Of a stretch of 25,164 bases of DNA, positions 17,661-25,164 are shown one piece after another (the stretch's first letter is position 1; each line of letters begins with the position of its first letter). The position numbers and the translations under genes were made by a program. The notes below the pieces were generated by a model, which saw only the letters and a list, made by a program, of their open reading frames with translations, was not told the DNA's origin and made no database searches. Source of the DNA: Candidatus Caldarchaeales archaeon (lineage in GTDB: Archaea > Thermoproteota > Nitrososphaeria_A > Caldarchaeales > Wolframiiraptoraceae); NCBI GenBank assembly GCA_039630055.1, contig JBCNVN010000022.1, positions 1 through 25,164 of the forward strand, given 5' to 3'.

Positions 17661-17972
17661 ATGTCTACAAACGTTAGGGTGAAGTTGACGAGCATAGACT
17701 TGGAGAAGATTGAGAGAGTATGTGCAGAGATCAAGGATATTGCTTTAAAGACTGGCACAAAGATCTCTGGTCCTATCCCTCTTCCAAGGAAGAAACTTGT
17801 CGTCCCAGTTAGGAAGTCTCCATGTGGAGAAGGTACGAAGACTTGGAGAAAGCATGAGCTCCGAATATATAGAAGGCTTATAGACCTGCAGATAACCGAT
17901 CCCCGTGTTATGAGGGCTATTATGAGGATCCAGATACCTGAAGACGTATCGGTTGAGATGACGGTCAAATAG
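17661..17972 (+). CDS. rpsJ: 30S ribosomal protein uS10 (archaeal type)
   Basis: GPIPLP, RKSPCGEG, ELRIYRRLID. The 103-aa product from ATG 17661 is the normal length, so the upstream extension in the ORF track is probably spurious. Confidence 0.96.
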   Translation: MSTNVRVKLTSIDLEKIERVCAEIKDIALKTGTKISGPIPLPRKKLVVPVRKSPCGEGTKTWRKHELRIYRRLIDLQITDPRVMRAIMRIQIPEDVSVEMTVK

Positions 17973-18003
17973 ATATTTTTAGGGTGAAGATCTTGTTCTA
18001 TAA

Positions 18004-19311
18004 CTAGTCTTCAGCATACTTCTTCAAAGCCTTCCTATAGGCGACAATCCCTATCACATAGATGGCTATAGTTGCAGCTGCTACTTGGAAGAAGCCAATC
18101 GTGATCTCGTCTATTTTAGCTTCAAAGACCATTACTGATCTGATTAGGTCTACCGCCCATGTTGCTGGAAATATCTCGGCCAAGACTTGTATCGGTTTAG
18201 GCATCCATTCTATTGGAAGCCAGATGCCTGCGGTAAAAGCAAGCATGAGCCCTAACACTATGCTAAGATTTACTGCGCTCCTACTTGTTCTAGCTATCAA
18301 TGAAAGGATCATTCCGAAACCAATCATTATGAGGCTTAACATCACTATCACGATCAGAGCGATCCAGTTTTCAAGGTTTAGTGGACTCCAATTTATCCTT
18401 GCTCCAAGGAGGAATACTCCAACCAATATAATTATAATCGCCATAAATCCTAGAATGATTAGACCTGCCAGAGTCTTTCCTAGAAGCATATCTGTAGACG
18501 AGGCTGGAGAAGAGAGAAGCCTCTTTAACGTGCCCTGCTCTCTCTCCTCTACAGCCATGAGAGATCCGATAATCAGTCCTGAGTATAGTATGCTTAACCC
18601 GATGGCTCCGAACGTATACCATCCTAATGTTAGGTCTCTAGTCATGAGAGAGCTAGGCTTAACTTCTTTGAAGGTTGCATTTATCGGAGAGGCTACCCCA
18701 ATAAGCCAATCTCTAATAAACTCTATCCAGTCCCTATCCCCACCCTGGACGATATCGATGTTTCCTCGACCTATCTCTCCATAGTACATCCTAATATACT
18801 TTAAACTCTCATTTATCCTCTGATAAGAGATCTCGATATTCAACTCTTCTATGAGTTCTCTGAGAATAGATCTAGCAACTTGGGCTGATTGAATACTTCT
18901 AGCTCCGATATAGACATCTATCTCCGACCGACTATACAATGCTTTCTCTCCGAATCTTTCAGGTATTACTAGACCACAATCTAGCTTTCCACCTTTAAGA
19001 TCATCTATCATTAGATCCTCGTTAGGGTAAATATGTACTTGGAAGATCCTTGACCCCCTATGTTCTGTATGATTAATTATCTCTACTAGGAGAGAGCCGT
19101 TGAAAGGATGTATAGAGCCTATATCATGGTTTACTATCCCTAATCTTAGATTTATGGGCTGATCTATGGTTGGAGGTATAAAGATGTAGGCCGTCAATAG
19201 GAGCCAGATAACTGGCCATGCAAAGATCCAGAATAAATCTACTTTGCTTCTAAAAGTTAGCTTAACATTCTTTATCATGAATGCTAGTATAGGTTTAGAT
19301 CTCACTTTCAA
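18004..19311 (-). CDS. ABC-2 type exporter permease
   Basis: N-terminal TM, large extracytoplasmic loop, EEREQGTLKRLLSSP motif, five further TMs with G.W.P...MP. Confidence 0.92.
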   Translation of the reverse strand: MKVRSKPILAFMIKNVKLTFRSKVDLFWIFAWPVIWLLLTAYIFIPPTIDQPINLRLGIVNHDIGSIHPFNGSLLVEIINHTEHRGSRIFQVHIYPNEDLMIDDLKGGKLDCGLVIPERFGEKALYSRSEIDVYIGARSIQSAQVARSILRELIEELNIEISYQRINESLKYIRMYYGEIGRGNIDIVQGGDRDWIEFIRDWLIGVASPINATFKEVKPSSLMTRDLTLGWYTFGAIGLSILYSGLIIGSLMAVEEREQGTLKRLLSSPASSTDMLLGKTLAGLIILGFMAIIIILVGVFLLGARINWSPLNLENWIALIVIVMLSLIMIGFGMILSLIARTSRSAVNLSIVLGLMLAFTAGIWLPIEWMPKPIQVLAEIFPATWAVDLIRSVMVFEAKIDEITIGFFQVAAATIAIYVIGIVAYRKALKKYAED

Positions 19312-20221
19312 GCCTCCTCCCAGTCAACCTTAAGAATACATCTTCAAGAGTTGGTCTAACGATCTTCAAAGAGTTAAGCTTGAACCCTTCTCTAATCAAG
19401 CTGGATAATATCCTGGGAGAAGCCTCATCTAGATCCTCAACATAGATCTTTAACAGATCTTTTTCTAAGATGATCTTCTCAACCTGCATCTGCCTCTCAA
19501 GCTTCACATCTATCTTAGATACAGGCTCCAATAGTTCTACTAATAACACCCCACTTGGCCCATACTTCTTTTTCAACCCCTCCGGCGTATCTTCAACGAT
19601 TATTCTTCCATGATCCATTATCGCCACCCTGTTGGACAAGAGGTCCGCTTCCTCCATGTAGTGCGTTGCTAAAACAATCGTCTTACCCTCATCTAGGAGC
19701 TTCTTTATCAGATGCCAGACATCTCTTCTACTCTGTGGATCCATGCCTGTTGTAGGTTCATCTAATAAAAGGACCTCTGGTTCTCCGATTAGAGAGATGG
19801 CGAAGCTTATTCTCTTCTTCATTCCACCAGAATAGGTCTTGACACGTTTATCCCCATAGTCCAGTAGGTTTACCAGCTCTAGAAGCTCTCTACATCTCTT
19901 TCTAGCCTCTCCTCTTTCAAGCCCGTACAGTCTAGCATAGAACATCATGTTCTCGAGGCCTGTAAGATTCTCGTAGACTATGGGATCTTGAGGTGAGAAC
20001 CCTATCATCTCTTTATAGTTTGTACTCTGTGGGCTTAATCCATCTATCGATATCTCTCCAGAGTCGGGGGTTATGATCCCTGCGATCATACTTAGTAAGG
20101 TTGTCTTTCCAGAGCCGTTAGGTCCTAGAAGACTGTAAACCTCTCCCCCAACCTCGAAATTTACATGGTCTACGGCCACCTTCTCTCCAAACCTCTTGAA
20201 AACATCTCTAACCTTTAGCAT
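19295..20221 (-). CDS. ABC-2 type exporter ATP-binding protein
   Basis: Walker A GPNGSGKT, signature YSGGM, Walker B LLLDEPT, THYMEEA, C-terminal PTLEDVFL.LTG. ATG at 20221. Confidence 0.95.
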   Translation of the reverse strand: MLKVRDVFKRFGEKVAVDHVNFEVGGEVYSLLGPNGSGKTTLLSMIAGIITPDSGEISIDGLSPQSTNYKEMIGFSPQDPIVYENLTGLENMMFYARLYGLERGEARKRCRELLELVNLLDYGDKRVKTYSGGMKKRISFAISLIGEPEVLLLDEPTTGMDPQSRRDVWHLIKKLLDEGKTIVLATHYMEEADLLSNRVAIMDHGRIIVEDTPEGLKKKYGPSGVLLVELLEPVSKIDVKLERQMQVEKIILEKDLLKIYVEDLDEASPRILSSLIREGFKLNSLKIVRPTLEDVFLRLTGRRLESEI

Positions 20222-20535
20222 CTCTCTACTCTTCAGCAAAATCAAAGCCTCGATAGACTTATAGTTTTAGTTGAATATGCTAATAGTTGGCTGCTTGAAG
20301 CTTTTTATAAACCTCCATATAGGGATGACACGTATCGAAGGAGACGGTAGGCGATCTCTACCTCATGAACATCTTTAATAACATATCTTTTCATGAGATT
20401 CTATATCTTTAAGAAAACTCTAAGTATCTGATACTTCTATGTCAAATTTATGGTTAAAAGAACGGTTCCCCATTATTTTTTAGGCAGAAATACGGTTGAA
20501 GTAGGAAAAGTTAATTAACGAATAGATTACGCTAT

Positions 20536-21723
20536 ATGAGATTAGATATGGAGTCGATAGTTGACCAGATCTCTTTTGGAGGGATAGTTGCGATAAGAGA
20601 TTCTCTATTGAAGAGACAGAGTGAGGGTGGAAAGGTCTATAGGCTGGAATCGGGAGACCCCTCTTTCGATATACCTCCACACGTTAGAGATGCTATGATA
20701 GAAGCTCTAATGAAGGGATATACCCATTACACTGAGTCGACCGGGATTAGACCTCTTAGAGAGGCTGTATACAAGAAGGTTGTAGAAGAGAACAGGATAC
20801 CTTTGAAAGATCCAAACCATGTCCTTATAACGAATGGGGCCATGCATGGGCTTTACGTAACCTTTAGAGCTCTCCTCCTTCCAGGAGATGAGGTGATAAT
20901 TCCAGACCCCATGTGGACTGAGATAGCTGATAATGTTAGATTGGCTGGAGGAGTCCCAGTGAGATGCAGATTGAAACCTGAGAAAGATTTTGTATATGAT
21001 CCATCTGATGTGGAGTCTCTCATAAGCGGTAAGACGAGGGCGATCTTCGTAAACTCACCCCATAATCCTACGGGAGCAGTATTCCCTAAAAATATCCTTG
21101 AAGAGATAGTAGAGATAGCTGTCAAGAAGAATCTTTACATAGTTAGTGATGAAGCATACGAGCACATAATCTATGATGGTCTCAAGCATGTTAGCATAGG
21201 CTCACTACCAGGAGCCGAGGATAGGACGATATCGATCTTCTCAGCCTCCAAGAGCTTTGCTATGAGCGGGCTGAGGATAGGATACATAGTAACAAATATC
21301 GATAAGATTATTGAGAGAGGCAAGAAGCTTTTGAGATGTACGATAAATGGTGTGAACTCTGTTGCACAGTATGGGGCTTTGGCCGCATTACGTGGCCCCA
21401 GAGACTACATAGAAGAGATGAGGAAAGAGTATCAACATCGTAGAGATTTGATATATGATGCTACTAGTAGGATCAGGTCGCTGAGACCCTTCAAGCCTAG
21501 AGGTGCATTCTATATATGGTGTAAGATAAGTGAAGATTGGAGAGATAGCGAGGGTAAGAGAAGCGACTGGGCCATGACCAACTATCTCTTAAAGTTTGGT
21601 TTAGGGAGCACACCTGGATCAGAGTTTGGCCCAGCCAGCTCGGAATACATCAGATTCTCTTTCTCATGTGCTACAACCCATCTAGTGGAAAGCCTTGAGA
21701 TGCTAAAACAAGTTCTAGAATAG
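20536..21723 (+). CDS. PLP-dependent aminotransferase class I/II (aspartate aminotransferase-like)
   Basis: NSPHNPTG, SDEAYE, PLP-lysine motif SASKSFAMSGLRIG, P.GAFY, IRFSF. Confidence 0.94.
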   Translation: MRLDMESIVDQISFGGIVAIRDSLLKRQSEGGKVYRLESGDPSFDIPPHVRDAMIEALMKGYTHYTESTGIRPLREAVYKKVVEENRIPLKDPNHVLITNGAMHGLYVTFRALLLPGDEVIIPDPMWTEIADNVRLAGGVPVRCRLKPEKDFVYDPSDVESLISGKTRAIFVNSPHNPTGAVFPKNILEEIVEIAVKKNLYIVSDEAYEHIIYDGLKHVSIGSLPGAEDRTISIFSASKSFAMSGLRIGYIVTNIDKIIERGKKLLRCTINGVNSVAQYGALAALRGPRDYIEEMRKEYQHRRDLIYDATSRIRSLRPFKPRGAFYIWCKISEDWRDSEGKRSDWAMTNYLLKFGLGSTPGSEFGPASSEYIRFSFSCATTHLVESLEMLKQVLE

Positions 21724-22794
21724 CTTACCGAATCTTGAGAGCCTATAATCTTCTACACTATCTATATGTCTTCTTCCAGAGGCTATGTCTGCAAGCATGT
21801 ATCCAAGTGCTAGACCTCTCATCAATCCATAGCCTCTCAATCCATCAATAAAGTAGATGTTCTCATATCCTGGAAGACTGTCTATAATGGGTTCTAGGTC
21901 TGGGGTTATACTGCATGGCCCAGTCCAACCCTCTACAAGCTCAACCCGACTCTTCAATCTTAGTCTTAGAAGTTTCTCAGCTCCACTCCTGAATCTCCTT
22001 AAAGGTTCTCCAAAAAATTCTCTGGGATCATTGACGATCTCTGCATGATAGCCGCCTCCAACAACCGTTCTATTGACTCCCGGTCTCCAGTAACTTTCAT
22101 ATACTTCATCTGCGAAAGGAGGCAAGTTATCCTCTATCTTGAATCTGTAGACTGGGCATCGCAGTATTGTTACCGGAATCTTAATCCCAGATCTTGATAG
22201 GAAGTCTCTAGTCCATGCACCGAGACAGAGTATGAGTACATCTGGATTTATCTTCTCAGAACTCTCGAGAACTAGCCTGAATCCATCCTGGAACTCTATT
22301 CTTTCAGCCTTCTCATTTCTCACATCTACCCCCCTTCTCACAGCCAACTCTTTTAAGAATTCGATGAATAGGCTGGCTTCAACCATTATATCCTCCTTGG
22401 TCCATGTTATTACTTCATCTTCTGAGAAGATCAGTTGTGGCCACATCTCAGAAGCATCCCTCTTATCCAGCTGGACAAACTCTACATATGCTTTCTTTAA
22501 TAGCTCTGCACTCTCTTCAGCCTCAGAAGAGTCTTCAATAGAGATGAAGCCTCTTCCAGTCATTCCAGCTCTCTCTATGTTGGACTCGTCTACAAGTTCT
22601 TCAAAGATCTTTATACTCTCCTTAACCAATAATATATCTTTAAGGTTTTCTAATTGGAGAGTTATTATACCCGCTGAACGGGAAGATGCACTCTTCTCAT
22701 CTCCAACCAATAATACATTATAGTTGTAAGACCTTAACCTGATAGAGGTTGATAGACCGGCTATCCCAGATCCGACGACTACGAAATCATACAA
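21715..22794 (-). CDS. FAD-dependent oxidoreductase, DAO/sarcosine-oxidase-beta family
   Basis: YDFVVVGSGIAG, ASSRSAG, GAWT, TPD..PII, G.G...G. Likely TTG start at 22794. Confidence 0.9.
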   Translation of the reverse strand: MYDFVVVGSGIAGLSTSIRLRSYNYNVLLVGDEKSASSRSAGIITLQLENLKDILLVKESIKIFEELVDESNIERAGMTGRGFISIEDSSEAEESAELLKKAYVEFVQLDKRDASEMWPQLIFSEDEVITWTKEDIMVEASLFIEFLKELAVRRGVDVRNEKAERIEFQDGFRLVLESSEKINPDVLILCLGAWTRDFLSRSGIKIPVTILRCPVYRFKIEDNLPPFADEVYESYWRPGVNRTVVGGGYHAEIVNDPREFFGEPLRRFRSGAEKLLRLRLKSRVELVEGWTGPCSITPDLEPIIDSLPGYENIYFIDGLRGYGLMRGLALGYMLADIASGRRHIDSVEDYRLSRFGKLF

Positions 22795-22863
22795 GAATAC
22801 TTCCCACCAACATAACATAGCATCGAATACATTTATTTTTATTTAGCTTCAACATAGTTTTTC

Positions 22864-23574
22864 ATGATGTTAGTCGATGCACACTGTCATGCTTACAGCT
22901 TTAAGATAGATGAATTGGAAAGTTTTAAAGAGATTAAGATGATTGGGGTGGCAGAGGATTATGAGAGCAGTGTTAAGAATATAGAGCTATCTGCAAGCTT
23001 CTCGAATATATCTCCCTTCATAGGAGCCCATCCATGGAATATATCAAATATAATGGAGGGAGAGGTTGATATGATACTGAACTTGGTTGGGAGCTCTAAG
23101 GGGATTGGAGAGGTAGGTCTAGATAAGAGGTTTGGTAAGAGATATCTAGACATGCAGATTAAGGTATTCGAACGATTCTGTGAGGTCTCTTCCCAGAGAA
23201 ATCTACCGATTAATATCCATGCACTCGATTCGTGGGAAGAATGCTTCAAGATTGTTACTAAATACAATATTAAACGGGTTCTATTCCATTGGTATACTGG
23301 TCCAATAAATCTATTGAAGGAGATATTTTCCCAGGGATACTATATATCTATAAACCCTGCTGTGATGGTTCAACCTAAACATAGGAAGATCCTTGAAGAA
23401 GCTGATCTAGAGATTATCTTGACAGAGAGTGATGGTCCATACACATATAGAGGTAAGCATCTAAATCCAGCCATGATAAAGGATCTACTGGAGTTTATCG
23501 CTAGAGTAAAAGAGGTACAGACGGAAGATGTAGAGAAGATTATTGAGAAGAACTTCTACCGATTCCTCGGCTAG
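22864..23574 (+). CDS. tatD: TatD family hydrolase (nuclease)
   Basis: DAHCH, G.HP, IGEVGLD, IH, FHW and TESDGP motifs. Confidence 0.93.
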   Translation: MMLVDAHCHAYSFKIDELESFKEIKMIGVAEDYESSVKNIELSASFSNISPFIGAHPWNISNIMEGEVDMILNLVGSSKGIGEVGLDKRFGKRYLDMQIKVFERFCEVSSQRNLPINIHALDSWEECFKIVTKYNIKRVLFHWYTGPINLLKEIFSQGYYISINPAVMVQPKHRKILEEADLEIILTESDGPYTYRGKHLNPAMIKDLLEFIARVKEVQTEDVEKIIEKNFYRFLG

Positions 23575-23954
23575 ACATCGATACTACTCTGCTTAAGTAT
23601 CTTGAACAATATCTTTACTTCCCTGTTGAACCTTGCTCTCCCATGGGATAAGAGGCTACCGCTGAATGTCTTAGGGATATGGAGAAGCTCGTGAATAATT
23701 ATCTTATCTTTTTCATCTTCTGAGAGATTGTCGAACTTCTCCGATACGAATTCTATAACATAGTGGGGCTTCATTCTCAGCCCGGTTAAGAATGCTCTAG
23801 ATACTCCATGTATTCTAGCATAGGTACCCTCTGAACGTGACCCATAACTTCTTACACACTTTACCCTTCTATCATCTATATAAGTTAGCTTGAGAAGTCT
23901 AATAATCCTCTTCACCCGTTCCTCGAGATCTGGAGCTGGAATATACCTAACCAT
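23571..23954 (-). CDS. Small putative zinc metallopeptidase (HEXXH, SprT-like/COG4900-like)
   Basis: YVIEF.SE.F..L..E..K.IIHELLHIP with a downstream His (SHG). Confidence 0.85.
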   Translation of the reverse strand: MVRYIPAPDLEERVKRIIRLLKLTYIDDRRVKCVRSYGSRSEGTYARIHGVSRAFLTGLRMKPHYVIEFVSEKFDNLSEDEKDKIIIHELLHIPKTFSGSLLSHGRARFNREVKILFKILKQSSIDV

Positions 23955-23999
23955 TATCAGCCTAGAAGATTCAGTAGAATGAATAATAAATTTTATCTT

Positions 24000-24572
24000 T
24001 TAAGTTAGCTTCCAATCTCCGAGTTCCAGCTGCTCTTCACAGAACTTCTCTGATCTCTTCTCACCTTCTTCGATCAAGCTGAGAAGCTCTTCTGCTCTCA
24101 GCATTATCTTGTACTCTTTCTCAGATATTATGGATGCCAACTTGATCCCTCTAGATGTCTCTATGAAGAGTGTGATAACCTTTGCTGGAAGCTCTCTAGG
24201 AATCTTCTCCAATACCTCTTTATCCTTAATCGGTAAGCTGAAGAACCTTCTATTCCTCCATCCTGTAATCACTGTAACATTATCTCTAGAGACTTCTTCT
24301 ATTGTGACCTCCTCAGGCTTGAGACGCTCAACCTCTTCCAGTATCTCGATTTCATCTACTATAAGTTTCTCTTCATCTCTCTGCCTACTCAAGATAGGTT
24401 TAATCTTAGCGAAACATCCGAGTTTAAAATCTCTAGAAAAACCTCTTAGATAAACCTCCCAAGACTCATCTCCAAGAGAGGTTATCCTCGCCCTGTAGAA
24501 TAGTAGGCCTCTCTTTACTACTGGCTCGATCGATGTTATGTATCCATATAATTCAGAGGCTTCCCTGCTCAT
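24000..24572 (-). CDS. Hypothetical protein, possibly OB-fold
   Basis: 190-aa ORF with protein-like composition; the N-terminal G.ITSI....(beta strands)...G....I pattern resembles an OB fold. Confidence 0.7.
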   Translation of the reverse strand: MSREASELYGYITSIEPVVKRGLLFYRARITSLGDESWEVYLRGFSRDFKLGCFAKIKPILSRQRDEEKLIVDEIEILEEVERLKPEEVTIEEVSRDNVTVITGWRNRRFFSLPIKDKEVLEKIPRELPAKVITLFIETSRGIKLASIISEKEYKIMLRAEELLSLIEEGEKRSEKFCEEQLELGDWKLT

Positions 24573-24655
24573 CGAGACCTACCCCAATATCTACTATCCA
24601 CCATAGACTATTAGAAAAACTCATATATCTATCTACTGATCGTAGATCGAGTTAG

Positions 24656-24925
24656 ATGTATGAAGTTAAGGTTTCAAGCTGGGCTCAAGCGAAGAGTATA
24701 GTTGAGAGAGAAGTAGAGGAGAGGCTTAAGGGGAAGATTAAGAGCTCGTGGGTTGAAGAGATCTGGTTGACCCCACATTCTGAGGGAAGTAAATGGATGG
24801 TAAAGCTAAGGGTATTGGTTAAGATGGGATTTATAAAGAATAGAGGCTACATAGTGCATGCAGTGTTAAACTCTTTTACAGGAGAGATTGAAGAATTTGA
24901 AGTTAGAGAATCTAGCAAAAAATAG
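24656..24925 (+). CDS. Small hypothetical protein, PepSY-like pattern
   Basis: 89 aa with the pattern S..QA..I (helix)...W.V......V....TGEI; no signal peptide. Confidence 0.65.
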   Translation: MYEVKVSSWAQAKSIVEREVEERLKGKIKSSWVEEIWLTPHSEGSKWMVKLRVLVKMGFIKNRGYIVHAVLNSFTGEIEEFEVRESSKK

Positions 24926-25164
24926 TTATAACATGAACTATGCCGTATCCTAGGCTGGCTCAGATAATCGTTTATCTTCACATATCTGAACTCGGCAAAC
25001 ACGTCATCGCCAGCCGACATTTCAATCCTCTCCGAATTATTTTAATTTTAGGTTGCCTCAACTAGCAACCTTTCATACAGCTCCTTAAACACTTTAAAAT
25101 AATAGACCAAAACTGTAAAAGATCTTGTATAATTTCTCTATGAGAGTTCACTGTAGTTTTTCTT

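Noticed and set aside
18062-18784. 240-aa antisense ORF within the ABC permease
   Set aside because: Typical open antisense frame opposite a hydrophobic membrane-protein gene.
20305-20394. 29-codon minus-strand ORF (MKRYVIKDVHEVEIAYRLL...) upstream of the ABC ATPase, considered as an exported peptide or leader
   Set aside because: No recognisable motif or start signal, and ORFs this short are expected by chance.
1-25164. tRNA/rRNA genes, CRISPR arrays, transposases or terminal inverted repeats
   Set aside because: No GC-rich structured segment, regularly spaced repeat or transposase motif was seen by eye. tRNAscan-SE or Infernal would be needed to exclude small RNAs.

Overview
Archaeal DNA (aRF1, archaeal-type uS10, TATA-like promoters), compact and probably from a thermophilic TACK-type lineage (the lineage is inference). 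The left ~9.8 kb lies entirely on the minus strand. It holds a tightly coupled operon of ribbon-helix-helix regulator, sat, alkaline-phosphatase-superfamily enzyme, cysC and TauE/SafE transporter. Downstream come a GT4 glycosyltransferase, a sequon-rich multi-Ig-domain (COG1361-like) surface protein, an orphan membrane protein, a GT2 glycosyltransferase and the 5' end of an FAD-binding enzyme. The operon makes PAPS but has no reductase and no canonical sulfotransferase, so it is a candidate surface-glycan sulfation system. Next is an intact enoyl-CoA hydratase between two frameshifted remnants missing from the ORF track (acyl-CoA dehydrogenase C-terminus and thiolase N-terminus), i.e. a decaying beta-oxidation operon. 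The rest is mostly housekeeping and metabolic: leuCD, mdh, MBL hydrolase, GNAT, aRF1, uS10, ABC-2 exporter, class I/II aminotransferase, DAO-family oxidoreductase, TatD, HEXXH peptidase and two hypothetical proteins. I saw no rRNA, tRNA, CRISPR array or transposase.
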